64,000 nt of DNA from Octopus sinensis. Its lineage: Eukaryota. The translations under genes were made by a program, and so were the position numbers. The notes below the pieces were generated by a model. That model saw only the letters and a list, made by a program, of their open reading frames with translations, was not told where the DNA came from and made no database searches. Position 1 is the stretch's first letter; each line of letters opens with the position of its first letter. The stretch spans positions 56,916,001-56,980,000 of the forward strand of contig NC_042997.1 in assembly GCF_006345805.1 (NCBI RefSeq), in the 5' to 3' direction. Shown piece after piece: positions 1 through 12,704 of the stretch.

Positions 1-486
1 TCAGCAACTCTGAGCGTGAAAAAATGTTTCCGAAAGTCATGGGAGCTGTATTGTTTTCTGACTTTGTAGGCATGTCCACGTGTGTTAGACACATGGAGAT
101 CAAAAAGTGTTCAGTGTTGTTGTTGGTGAGGTGGTTGATAACTTTGTGGGTGTTTACCAAGTCCGTCGCCAAACGCCGGAGCTTCAGTGAATCCATGCCC
201 AGGGAAACAAGGCGCTCAGAATATGGTAGGTGTCTGATGGAGGGTATGCGTTTGGTTGCACGTCTCTGGACAGATTCCAGGAGGTCAATGTTCTGTGCAA
301 GATAGGGGTTCCAAACTGATGATGCGAATTCCAAGTGTGGTCGTACCATAGCTGTATACAGTTTTAAATAGATGGCTGGAGAGCGGCTAACAAAAGACCT
401 GCTGAGTGATGCCAAGACACCCTCGGCCTTCCTGACAATCTTAGAGATATGCTTTGACCAACGCAAATCACTGCTGACAGTGATGC

Positions 487-2631
487 CTAGGTCACGCTCG
501 CAAGAGGATTTCTTGATATCAGTGTTGTGGAGGGAGTATGTGAACGCAGGGTTTTTTTCCCAAAATGCATGGTGGTACACTTGTCCACAGCTAGTTTCAG
601 TTGCCAGTCTGTGATCCATTGCTGCATTGTGTCTAGGTCTGATTGCAGGAAAGAGTTGTAGACATCAGGATCTGTCCTCTTGATTTCAAGGTACAGCTTG
701 ATGTCGTCTGCATATTTCAATACTGTGGCATTCTTTAAATTGGCATCTATGTCGTTAATGTATGCCACAAACAAGAGGGGACCAAGGACAGATCCCTGTG
801 GTACACCCGATGACATCTCATATGGTGTAGAGTGCTGTCCTAGAACTGTGACTACCTCCTTCGGCTGAGGATGAAGGATTTCAACCAGTTAAAAAGGTCA
901 TCCCCCACACCCATTGCAGAGAGTTTCACCATAAGCCTTTTGTGTGGCACAGAGTTGAAAGCCTTAGCAAAGTCAAGGTAGACAACATCCACCCATGAGC
1001 CACTGTCAGTAATCTGAGTAATGTCCTCAAGGAACTCGACAAGCTGGTCACTGCAGCTGGAGTTAGGGACAAATCCATATTGTGAGGGTCGGATGAGACT
1101 GTGAGAGCTCCAGAAGTTTTGCAATACAGCTAGTGAGACTGACTGGGCGATAGTTGACAGGTGATGTGCGGTCGCCCTTTTTGAACAGAGGAATGACACT
1201 GGCAGTTTTCCACTGCTCCGGAGTAGCACCATTGTTGAGACAGTACTGGAAGAAAATAGAAAGCTGGTGTAAAAGGAAGTGCCTGCCACGTTTGAGAAGC
1301 AGGTATGTAACTCCATCGAGACCAGGGGAGGCATAGTTGCGCTTATTTTGAAGGTGACGTCGCAGCATTGCAGGTGTAAATTCCATAGTTGTTATGGAGT
1401 TTGCTGTTAGTGATGGTGAAGATGGTACATTTTGACTTTCAACAGTGAATATGTTTGCATAGCACTCGGCAATGAGTTCTGCGCATTCCTTGGGGTCGTC
1501 AGTGATCTGATTTGTGTGAGGGTTGCGAAGAGGGCCCACTGGAGAGTGAGGTCTCTGCTTTGAGTGCACATATTTCCAGAAAACCTTGCTGTCAGGATTG
1601 GCTGCTATGCACTGTTCAAATTCAAGCACTGCTTTTTTTGTCACTTGCTTGAGATGGTTGGAGGATTTATTCCGCTTCTTCCTGTTGGTGTCTGATTTAT
1701 GCAACCTGTATTCCCGTTCAGCAGTCCGACGTTCCCTCCTGGCAAGTCGGACCGCTGAAGTTTCCCAAATTGCCCTTTTGGGGCGGTTCTTCTTTTTTTG
1801 TTTACGTGGCACTGATGCTGCACATGCTGCCCATATTGAGTCCAGGATACTCTGGAGTATAGTATTCACATCTCCAGAGTTGTAGAATTCACGCCAGTTT
1901 GGGTGCTGTAGTTCAGTGTGGTACAGGTTCCAATCTGCTCTCTTCCAATCGAAGGAAGCAGATTGGATATGGTTCAGGTTTTTGTTGCCCGCAAGAGCCA
2001 GATTGGCGATGATCATAGCATGATCAGAGTCACCTAGAGGTTCCTCCATAGTGCAATTGATAACTGCTTCAGGAGTTGTGGTGAAGAGCAGGTCCAAGGT
2101 ATTGTCGCCTCTTGTTGGAGAGGTGACTACTTGTGACCAGTTTGAGTCCAGCACAAGCTCAACAAAATCGTTTGCACTCTGTGGCCAATGGAAGGTCTCC
2201 CAATCGATCTCAGGATGATTGAAATCGCCTGCAATAAACACATAAGTGGCTGTTTTCCTGGCAGCAGCTCGGAGGACATTGCAAAGCTGTGTGTCCCGAT
2301 GGTAACTTGGGGGACGATAAACAACGCCAAGCAGGAGTGTTGACATGGTCATACGCACGTCACAGAAAAAAATTTCTTCTTGTGATTCGTTCAAATCGGC
2401 ACAAAGAATTACCAAAAAATTTGAACGAACGTAGACCATCACACCACCACCACGGCGGTTAGTGCGGTCCTTACAGAAGAGGTTGTACCCCGTAATGTTG
2501 AAAACCCCATCACAGAGTAAGGAATGCGCCCATGTTTCCGTGACAGTGATGAAGTCAGGGTCAACACTTCTGACGTAGGCGTTGAACAAATGCATTTTGT
2601 TGCATAAACTGCGAGCATTTAAGGACAACAA
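487..2631 (-). pseudogene. LINE ORF2 (endonuclease + reverse transcriptase), interrupted by frameshifts near ~1150, ~855 and ~490
   Basis: ORF track segments 1063-2631, 852-1334 and 487-816 are consecutive parts of one APE-RT protein. The frameshifts could be real or sequencing indels. Confidence 0.9.
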
Positions 2632-2687
2632 TTTGTACCCTGCTCGCAGTTTATGATGGTGTGTAGAGGATGGCAGGTTGTTCTGGC

Positions 2688-3457
2688 TTAGTTTCCCTGA
2701 GTTGCTGTAGTCTTTTTAGTTATTGTGGGTAGAGAGCACTCAGACCAGCTGGTATCTCTCTTCCACGTTTCAGCAGTCTTGACAAATCTCCAGATTTGTC
2801 CATCTTCCCGAAGACTGAAGCTTTCCTGTAGAGCTGAGTTCCTATTCAGGGAAGCCACTACACGTAGCTTCGGACGTACATCGGACGGTAAGCCCGGGCA
2901 TGTTCGGAAGGTGGTCCGATTTTCCCGCCCAGCTTTAACTGAGGCCAGATGGTAAGAGGTTGCCTCAGTGGGGTCCGTAAAAGACAACTTGATGAGCCTA
3001 GGTTTTGGGCCAGGTCGTCCAAGGCGGATAGCACCTGTTGGGGGAACGCAGCCTAGGTCTTTGGCTGAGTTGGCAGCAAAAGCCTGAAGATCAGCCATGT
3101 CTTCTGGCACCCCAATGGCAATGACTTCATGGGTGGCAGAATCCGCGGTCTTAAATGCGACAAGAGGTACAGGTACAGGGAGGTTCTTTAGCAGAGCATT
3201 CCGATAAGACCCCTCATTGTGGAGTCCAACCTGAATGGTTGCTTTTATTCCTGCTACTTCCCCTTTTAAAGCACAGATCGATTGTTGCAGTTCTGCAAGA
3301 ACTGCACTGGTCAATTGGTGTTGTTGTTGCTGCTGTTGCTCTAGTTGTGGTTGATTTTGTTGTTGATGTTGTTGCTGCTGCTCTGGTTGTGGTTGATTTT
3401 GTTGTTGCTGCTGCTCTGGTTGTGGTTGATTTTGTTGTTGCTGCTGCTGCTGCTCTA

Positions 3458-3490
<33 letters not shown>

Positions 3491-3647
3491 CTGGTTGTGG
3501 TTGATTTTGTTGTTGCTGCTGTTGCTGTTCCGCCTCCTCCACGGGAGTGGCAGGGGGAGACACAATCGTCGGTTGTGGAGGCACGCAGGCCTGACACTGA
3601 AAAGTCCAAGATTTAAGCTGAACCATCTTCCAGAGTCTATCCATCAT
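2688..3647 (-). CDS. LINE ORF1 protein with a Q-rich repeat tract, predicted coiled coil and RRM-like C-terminal half
   Basis: Open 337-codon frame with first ATGs at 3647/3644. It contains a (QQQNQPQPE)n tract and the IRLGRPGPKPRLIKLSF segment typical of CR1/Jockey-type ORF1, and lies directly upstream of ORF2. Confidence 0.75.
3318..3527 (-). repeat. Coding minisatellite / (CAG,CAA)n tract inside ORF1
   Basis: Repeated gttgtggttgattttgttgttgctgctgctct(g/a) units on the plus strand. Confidence 0.9.
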
Positions 3648-4939
3648 AGCATTATGATGGCTCTTTTTTTGGCCTGGGATCTTCAATGCTTGCTGAAACA
3701 ACTGACCCTCATTATTGAATGTATGACCCCAAATTTGAACCCAGAAAAAGGCAAATCAAAACAAGGAGAGTGCAAAGGGGTGGACATTAATCCCACTTTA
3801 GTGTTAGTTGTTGTTTATAACATGGAATTTATTCTGATGGAAATGGGAATAATAAACAAAAAAGAATTGACAACTGCTACAAGCATTATTTAAATTTCAT
3901 TTCTCCTGAAACATGCTGGAATTATATTGAACAGCATTTGTTTAGGATAATTCCCGGATGTTTCTTATTGTAATACTCTACAAATACTATTGTTTTGTTT
4001 TTCCTAGTAAACCAATTCATATAAACAATTGCTCTTTTTAGATACTGAAGTGGCTTTTGTAAAAGAAATTATGTATTAATTCATTTGTACTTAGTCAAGC
4101 CTTTTTACATTCTAAGTTCAAATTATGCCAAATGATATGTAAGTGCAAACCACACATATTTGTTGCTCCTGTGGATATTGCTCTGAAATTTAGTTCATTT
4201 CAATATGTTTACCTCTATAATGAGAATGAGCTTTTATTAGTGAATACATCCCACAGATGTTTGACTCTTGAAAATGGTGATTCAAAAATAAGGGTATGCT
4301 AAGGATCTTTTTTTTTTATATATATTTTTAACTTGCTTCAGTCTCTGGACTGCAGCTGTGCTGGGGGCACTGCTTTGAAGGGTCTTTAATTGAATGAATC
4401 AACCCCAGTGTTTATTTTATAAGCCAAGTACTGCTAATTTACAGGGGATGTAAACAAATCTCACCAGTTGTCATGTGGTAGTAGGGAACACGCATGTGCA
4501 CACACACAAGAGGCTTCTTTCAGTTTCTACCTACCAAATCCACAAGACTTTGGTTGATCTGAGGTTATAGCAAAAGACACTTGCCCAACGTGCCACACAG
4601 TAGTTGGGAAGCAAACTGTTTACCATACAGCCACACCTGCACCTGTCATTATTCTATCTTCAGTGCTAATTGTTGTTGTTGTTGTTACTGCTGCTATTTT
4701 AGTTCTTAGTTAGCTCTGATTGAGAAGACCTTTAACAAAAATATTACAAACACAACCATCCTGTCATTTTAGAATCTACATGATCCAATACGTCCTTTGT
4801 TTTATTAAGATGGTGGAGAGTGATTTGAGAGAAAGCTTAGGGTGCTATATCCAGTAGGTTGTGGGACCGTGAAGATTCTCTCAAATTTTATGGGTAAGCT
4901 TCAGGTATCTGAATAATGAATGATCTTGGCCACTGCTCC

Positions 4940-4981
4940 TCATCCTCATCCTCCTCCTCCTCCTCCTCATCATCATCCTCC

Positions 4982-5045
<64 letters not shown>

Positions 5046-5046
5046 T
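4940..5046. repeat. (CCT)n/(CAT)n microsatellite; one of dozens of (TA)n, (CA)n, (GA)n, (CAT)n and (TACA)n tracts in the window
   Basis: Directly visible. Confidence 0.95.
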
Positions 5047-5309
5047 ATTTTAACTTCCACTTTTCCATGCTTGCATAGTTTGGATAGAATTTGTTAAGAA
5101 AAATTTTCTGTGGCCAGAGGCCCTTCCTGTCACCAACCTTCACCTGTTTCCAAATAGGATAATGTTTCCCCTTCACCTGACATGTTTTCACAGAAGATTG
5201 GTTATGACAGACATCCTTTGCATGATGGTGATACTCACAAGTACTACACAATGTCAAGGCAAGGAGACAGTAACACATACACATTTGCACACATGCATGC
5301 ACACATACA

Positions 5310-5342
<33 letters not shown>

Positions 5343-5520
5343 CAACATCCTTTTTCCATGCTGGCATGGGTTGGATGGTTTGACAAGAGCCAGAGGACTC
5401 CGCTAGTTTCTGGGTCTGCACTGGCATGATTTCTACAACTGGATACCCTTCCTAATGCCAATCCTGTGTGTGTATGTGTGTGTATATATATTTGTCATTA
5501 CACACACAGACAAATATATT

Positions 5521-5592
<72 letters not shown>

Positions 5593-5729
5593 CAGAGATG
5601 TACTTGCATAGCAAGTGACCTGTTCTGAGATCGTGTGCTGAAGCAAAAACAACTGCAGCATGGAAGGTGTTTATAAATCATTTAAAATCACACAAAACCC
5701 ATTAGATCCACTTCAACATTTATATTTGA

Positions 5730-5780
5730 TTTGTCAAAATATTTTCGTTGCTTTGAGACTGTGACCTGTTCACTGACAAA
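5730..5780 (-). ncRNA. Minimal type-I hammerhead-like motif, G3-C8 core variant
   Basis: UUUGUCA-GUGAACA-G-GUCAC(AGUCUCAAA)GCAAC-GAA-AAUAUU-U-UGACAAA: 7-bp stem I and palindromic stem III. The stem II mismatches are explicable as CpG decay. Confidence 0.6.
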
Positions 5781-5802
5781 ATTCTGTGCTGCAGCATGGA
5801 AT

Positions 5803-5853
5803 TTTGTCAGTGAACAGGTCACGTTCTCAAAGCAATGAAAATATTTTGACAAA
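5803..5853 (+). ncRNA. Second copy of the G3-C8 hammerhead-like motif (other palindrome arm)
   Basis: TTTGTCA GTGAACA G GTCAC..GCAAT GAA AATATT T TGACAAA. Confidence 0.5.
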
Positions 5854-6829
5854 TCAAATATAAATATTGAAGTGGATCAAATGGTTTTTGCGTTTTTTTG
5901 AATGACTTATAAACATCTTCCTTGCTGCAATTGTGGATATATATATATATATTATATATATATATATATATATATTTGAAAAAATGAGTAGCGATGGCTT
6001 TTTTTGGGATAATTTTTATTTTAATAATGTTTACAGTAGGTAACTCATAGTAACTCACTGTAAACATGATTATTAATATAAAAATTATCCTCAAAAAGCC
6101 ACCTGTACTAATTTTTTTCAAATATAGTATACTGTAGCAAGAACTTTCTTTTTATTAATCTACTATATATATGATGATGATGATGATCATCATCATCATC
6201 ATCATCATCATCATTGTTTAACATCCATTGTCCAATGCTGGCATGGGTTGGATGGTTTGACCAGGGCTGGCAAGCTGGAAAGCTGCACTAGACTCCAGTC
6301 TGATTTAGCATGGTTTCTGCAGCTGGATGCCCTTCCTAACACCAACCACAATGAAAGTGTAATGGGTGTTTTACATGCCACTGGCACGGGGGCCATTTGC
6401 ATGACACCAGTACCTACCACAACAATGACAACCACTCCAAGAGTGTAATGGATGTATTTACGTCCTACCAGCATGGGTGCCATTTTTGTGACACCGATAT
6501 CTGCCATGACTGTGGTTTTACTTGGTTAGATGGGTCATCTCAAGCATGACATAATGCCAAAGGTCTCAGTCATTACCTCCATGCTGCCCAACACTTGAAA
6601 GGAACTTTTCCCCTGGATAATAGAGGCAATCTACTACCTCTAACTTACCCCTCTGGCAGTTGATGGAGTCTATTTTCTGTACATTTTTGGTGTTTATTGA
6701 ATTTTCTCTGTTAACCTTTCTCTGATATTGCTGTAATTCTTATGTATTCATAGCTTATATCAGGTACATCCTATGGAGTTTCTACCTATGCCTTTTCTAC
6801 AGATTTAGCAGGGCCATCTACCTGAAAGG

Positions 6830-7210
6830 ATTTGTGATTTGTCTGCCTTCCTTCTTACTAAGACTTTGGTTTTTGCTAGGTTAACCCTAAGGCCCTTCGA
6901 TTCTAGACCTTGTTTTCATACCTGAAACTTCTCCTCTAGTTCTGGTAGTGATTCACTTATAAGAACAAGATCATCAGCATAGCAGAGCCCCCAGGGGCAG
7001 CCTGTCTTAAATTCCTCTGTTATTGCCAGGAGGGCTATGATGAACAAGAGGGGGCTGAGGACCGATGCTTGGTGAACCCTTACTTGTACCCTGAATTCTT
7101 CGCTGTACTCATTGCCAATGCTCACTTTTCTGGTAGCATCCCTGTACGTGGCTTGTACAGCTCTCACCAATCACTTGTCTTTCCCTAGCTTCCACATTGA
7201 CCACCAGATA
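6830..7210 (-). mobile_element. RTE LINE RT fragment
   Basis: ORF 6916-7170 contains VHQASVLSPLLFII and LCYADDL, homologous to the RTEs at 32.7 and 51.8 kb. Confidence 0.85.
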
Positions 7211-7394
7211 AGGGATCATAAAGGTGGCTTGAACATAAAGGTGGCTTGATCATCAGACTAAATGCATTGCAATATTTAACCCAACTTCTTAGGTCAGGTT
7301 TCAAATCCACACCAGGATTAATATCTTCTTTTTATTCTCCTTGGAGCGAAGTCAATAAGTTAATTACTTATGTTCTTTTCTACTCTTGGCAAAA

Positions 7395-7592
7395 GGCCCG
7401 AAATTTTTGGGGAAGTGGGCCAGTTGATTAGATTGACCCCAGTATGCAGATGGTACTCATTTTATCCACATCAAAAGGATGAAAGGCAAAGTCGACCTCA
7501 GTGGAATTTGAACTCAGAACGTAAAGACAGACGAAATAACACTAAGCATTTCGCCCGGCATGCTAACGTTTCTGCCAGCTTGCCGCCTTTAA
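7395..7592 (-). mobile_element. tRNA-derived SINE (family 2)
   Basis: The minus strand starts aaggcggcaagctggcagaaacgttagca (A-box-like), has a gagttcaaattc B-box, then ggtcgactttgcctttcatcc. Related copies lie at 59940-60133, 57836-57946, 21865-22020 and 57484-57587. Confidence 0.8.
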
Positions 7593-7924
7593 TTACTTAT
7601 TATATTGTATCAACGTGTTAAGTCTATCTGCCTTTCTATGAAAATCCACTTTAATTCAGTCAAAAGAAATCAATATTAAGTAGACTCATGAAAAGAGGGT
7701 AGAGCAGGAGATGCAACAAAATACTGGACTAAATGTCAAATATTATGTCCATTTAAGTTTTGTGTGCACCACTTTTAAGTCAATAAATTTGTAATCTTGC
7801 ACCTGAGTTAGAGACCAATATTGAGTGAACTAATGCTTTTTCATACACACACATATATATACAGTCCTACAAATGTGTGCATGGTAAGCGGACATTAAAT
7901 GAAAATGATAACTGATGATAATGA

Positions 7925-7973
<49 letters not shown>

Positions 7974-8010
7974 CATATATATATATACATACATATATAT
8001 ATATATACAT

Positions 8011-8420
8011 ATTCTTTTACTCTTTTACTTGTTTCAGTCATTTGACTGCGGCCATGCTGGAGCACTGCATTTAATTGAGCAACTTGACCCCGGCACTTAT
8101 TCTTTTTGTAAGCCCAGTACTTATTCTATCGGTCTCTTTCACCGAACCGCTAAGTAACGGGGACATAAACACACCAGCATCGGTTGTCAAGCAATGCTAG
8201 GGGGACAAACACACTCACACAAACACACATACGCATACATATATATACATATATACGACGGGCTTCTTTCAGTTTCCGTCTGCCAAATCCACTCACAAGG
8301 CTTTGGTCGGCCCGAGGCTATAGTAGAAGACACTTGCCCAAGGTGTCACGCAGCGGGACTGAACCCGGAACCATGTGGTTGGTAAACAAGCTACTTACCA
8401 CACAGCCACTCCTGCACCTA
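8011..8420 (-). mobile_element. tRNA-derived SINE (family 1), full length
   Basis: Head ggtgcaggagtggctgtgtggtaagtagcttg..ggttcagtccc, internal (TA/CA)n and tail actgaaacaagtaaaagagtaaaag. Many copies in the window. Confidence 0.85.
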
Positions 8421-8677
8421 TATATATATATAAATTAAGAAAGGGAGTCAAATGCAGGTGTTATTCAAACCATTTGACTAACACCTGTGTTTGACTCCAT
8501 TTCTTAATTTATCCATGTTATCCAAAAACATTTCACTTAATCCTGGAATTACTACCTTTATAAGTAGTCTGTAACATCTTTGGCACTTATATGAATTTTT
8601 GCTACCCCGGTAACTATTTATTTATTTTTGCTTTGTTATTCATACACATCAAAAAAAATACATACATTTATATATAC

Positions 8678-8761
<84 letters not shown>

Positions 8762-9705
8762 GTATGTATGTATGTATGTACGTATGTATGTATATGCATA
8801 TACACACACACACACGTATATATTATCACCTTTATCAACACACACATGATTAAAATATAGTTGACACAGTCAACAAAAGAATGATGCATATTGATACTTT
8901 TGTTTCTATTGGTGATATGAGATAGGAAATTAATTATATTTTATGAAAACGTTAGCATGTTAAGGCTAAAAATAATCTCATTTAGCTTGCCTGTAGGAAT
9001 TTAAATAGATTGAAACATCAAGTTTGTTTATAACATTGACTAAAATGTTAGTTATGAATGTTACATTACTTTGTTATGCATACATATATGGAAATGAAAG
9101 TGGTGATAAGAGCTATCCATAACATGCAGGCTAGATTAGTACAAATACAAAATAAATGGATACCTTGCCAGAATAACAAAGGCAGGTAGGATAATGAAGC
9201 CAGAGAGATTTACCAGATTGAAGGGAAATGGTACATAGCAAAAGTAGTGAGACTAAAACACTGATATACAGAGGGTAGGGAAATAGCCGCATAATGGAAG
9301 CTGTTGTAGTAAATATAGAATAGAGCCAGTTATGTTGTATCCTGCAGTGGTCTGTGTATAGCATACTTCCATCCTTGATCAATTTCAAATGGTGTGGCTG
9401 GAGCAATATCAATAACTGCCGTTAGAATGAAGGTTATGCAAAACTGTTCTGGCAATAATACAAGTCATCTTTGGAACAATATCCATGGCTGCACAACAAA
9501 GTCCTAAGCATCCTTGCTTCTTTCATTGAAACAACAATACAACATCGTCAATGTGAGGAGAATTGAGAATTGATACCAATTTTTATTCTATGATTTTCCA
9601 CAGGCAGGCAAGGAAGGAGCAATGCAAAAGGTAGCTGTATTCTTATTATAAGAACCTAAAAGTAAACAATAGTCCATCATCATGTATGGCATAAAGAAAA
9701 TCCTG

Positions 9706-9775
<70 letters not shown>

Positions 9776-9799
9776 ACATGTGTATCATCATCATTACCA

Positions 9800-10455
9800 T
9801 CATCATTTAATTGGATGGTTTGGCAGGGGCTGGCCAGGCAGGAACCTGTGCCATGCTCCTGAGTGTGTTTTGGCATGGTTTTTACAGCTGGATGACCTTC
9901 CTAACACCAACCACTCTGTAGAGTGTGCCGAGTGCTTTTTATGTGGCACTAGCACAGATGAGGTCAGTTTTGGCGTGGTTTTTACAGCTGAATGCCCTTC
10001 CAAATGCCAACCCTTTCACAGGGTGGACTGGGTTCTTTTTAAGTGGCACCTGCACTGGCAGGGTCACCAAGTGACTTTGAAAGACAAAGAGTCTTTGAAG
10101 TGGGATGAGGCACTGGAGGAGGTGATCTTGTGTCAGATGATTAGTGTGACAGAGAGGCAGAAACAGATGTCTTGCTGTTGAAGAGGTCCATGGTTACCCA
10201 GCCGGAGAGAGGGAGAGAGAGAAAGAGGAAGAGAAAGAGAAGAAGCGTTAACAAGAATGAAGGCAGAAACAATTACCTAGAGAGAGAATGAGAGTTAAGA
10301 AGAGGTGTGCTGCTGTAAAGGAGATACATGGTTACCAAGTCAGAGGTAAGAGCAAGGGAAGGAGGGAGAGAGAGTAATCAAGAGTGAGGGCAGAAACAGG
10401 TTTGTTGCTGTAGAGGAGATACATGATTATTCAGCCAGAAGGAGGAGCAAAGGAA

Positions 10456-10508
<53 letters not shown>

Positions 10509-11590
10509 GAGACAGCAAGAGCAGGAAAGGGATGGCGGCAAGTACCAGGGTATACTTGCAAGGAACAGGGAACAGGGCTTAGATGGGATGGCAGAGTAAG
10601 GAAGAGGGAGATGAATTGTGACAGGTGTTGGCAGGGTATTACTAAGGAGTCACGCATCAAGAGTGGGGGAATGCAGTGACAAGAGAGAATCTAGAATATA
10701 GAGGGGGGAAGGGATGGGGGAAGTGGCAATGCAGTGAGCAGGGTAGTGAGAACTGGGTTGGGGCGTGGGAAATAACCATAGTGTATAAAGAGCAAATATG
10801 AGTAAGTTGGTGTAGGGTGTGTGAAAGTTTTATTGTGGGACACAACACTTCTAGAACTCAGGATCGCTGACATGGGCAGGTCTTCTCTAGAACCTCATAT
10901 CACCAGACATCTCAGTCAAGTGTCATTTCCTCTGTGAGTCCCAACATCTTGAGATCAGTCCTCACCACTTTATCCCATGTCTTCCTGGGTCTCCCTCTTC
11001 CACAGGTGCCATCCACTTTCAGTAATTGGCACTTCTAAACAGCTGTCTTCATTCATGCACATCACATGTCCAAACCACATAGACTTCTCTCTTGCATGCT
11101 GCATTTGAGTCCTCTTATGCTCTACTTTTCTCTCAACACACTAGTGCTTTGTTGTTCATGCACATTGATGCTGCACATCCAGCGGAGCTCACTGCCTTCA
11201 TTTCTGTCTCATCTATGCATGTCCTTTGCATTCAGAGCCCAAGTTTCACTACCACAGAGTATAGTGGTTCATACACAAGCATCATACAATCTACCTTTCA
11301 CTCTGAGAGAGAGTCCTTTTGTTGTCAGCAGAGGTTGTAGCTCTCTGAACTTTTCTCCATCTTATCTGTATTCTACAAACAATACTTTCAGAACATCCAC
11401 ACCCCCACCTTGCTAATTTGGTCACCTAGGTAACAGAAACTATCTACTACCCCAAGAGAGCCTACTTGGCATTTGAAAGAATCTAACTCCTGTGTGCTCT
11501 TAGTGCTTATTGTTCCTGCACATCTACCACACACAAAGATTTTATCCGTTAATCTACCTGTTATTCCACTGCACCTCTTATGTGTCCATA
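9800..11590 (-). mobile_element. Degenerate RTE 3' portion (ORF C-terminus plus long purine-rich 3'UTR)
   Basis: The minus strand of 10850-11590 matches the RTE C-terminus (MYEPLYSVVVKLG.., KTWDKVVRTDL-like). The shared RTE tail lies at 9800-9950. Confidence 0.7.
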
Positions 11591-12040
11591 GCTTACATTT
11601 GGTGCAGCAGATATATATATTACATGGAAAAATGCGAGCAAGAGAAATAATATTCTTAAGACTATAAACCTGGAAAATTACAGGACAAGTTATAACACTT
11701 GGAAAAGTTCAGGACAACTTATTACACTTGGAAAAGTAGAGAGCAAGCAAATTTTAACTTAGAATATTGCAGCTAAGGATAAAATCTCAAATAAAATATT
11801 TAGATTTAGAAAATATTAGCTTTTATTAAAACTAAACATTCTATAACAAATTATTACTTATATTTGCTATTACTTGTTAATTCTATAAAAAATAAAAAAT
11901 TAGCTTGCTTACCAACCACATGGTTATGGGTTCAGTCCCACTGTGTGGCACCTTGGGCAAGTTTCTTCTACTATAGCCTCGGGCTGACCAAAGCCTTGTG
12001 AGTGGATTTGGTAGACGGAAACTGAAAGGAGCCCATCGTA

Positions 12041-12073
<33 letters not shown>

Positions 12074-12656
12074 GTATATACAAAGTGAGATAGGGGTTAT
12101 GAGTGTAACCCACTATGGGATATCAGTTATCCAATATACTGCTGGTGAAGTACCCAAAAAGCAAATACATAAATGCTTATAATTGCAATGCAATTAATTC
12201 ATTTATTGTAATAGATGGGCGAAGGTAAAATATTTTACCTCAAATTCATAATACAAATAAGAAAATGGAGGCCTCATCAGAGATTATAAAGTACAATTAT
12301 AAAAATATATAAATGCAAATATAAATATGAAACAAAATACACATACACAAGAATCTATATATATATAGGCCTTGAGATATATATATAAGTAACTCATTTT
12401 TAACTGCATATTACCTCAGTACATCTGACTAATATAGGCACAATGAGATACTCTTATCTACAGGCTGAAACAGCTGTAAGATCCATTTTATGTGTATTAT
12501 TTTTATGGTATTATCTTACTTACTGATGTATATTGTTTTATTCTGTTGGATTTGGATGTTACTATTTAAGTAGTTAATAAATAATATGAATTGGTAATAT
12601 CTGTAAGTCGATGATTGAAAGGAATCTGTTCCTCCATTTTCTTATTTGTATATATG

Positions 12657-12687
<31 letters not shown>

Positions 12688-12704
12688 TATATATATAAAT
12701 ATAA

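Larger units (their letters stand above)
1..3701 (-). mobile_element. CR1/L2-group non-LTR retrotransposon (ORF1 + APE-RT ORF2) with a few frameshifts; 3' end lies outside the window
   Basis: Minus-strand ORFs give the AP-endonuclease motifs (LNARSL, TVTETW, GGGVMVYV, GVVYRPP, AGDFNHP, TRGDNTLDL, SDH) and RT motifs (YRPVSLTS, QYGF, YLDFAKAF, GVPQGSVLGPLLF, YADD) across three frames. GC content is higher than in the flanks. Confidence 0.93.
5650..5933. repeat. Spacer-less ~284-bp palindrome (fold-back of a Penelope-like terminal repeat)
   Basis: Arms of ~142 bp are symmetric about GCTG|CAGC (5788-5795), modestly diverged and flanked by (TA)n. Confidence 0.9.

Noticed and set aside
3155-3893. 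Poly-V/A, poly-T/A and poly-L ORFs
   Set aside because: These are alternative frames or the antisense of the LINE ORF1 CAG/CAA minisatellite.
7500-8420. tRNA genes
   Set aside because: The A/B-box-like sequences are SINE heads; no complete cloverleaf could be formed.
9380-9560. Minus-strand IVPKMTCIIARTVLHNL (Harbinger-like) and CSHGYC..YYC (EGF-like) peptides
   Set aside because: Short matches in frames closed by stops on both sides, with no supporting motifs.
12225-12305. Minus-strand CTGATGA-G-GCCTC...GAGGT-AAAA motif
   Set aside because: G12 is absent and there is no stem I complement after the putative site; the GGTAAAATATTTTACC palindrome explains the region equally well.
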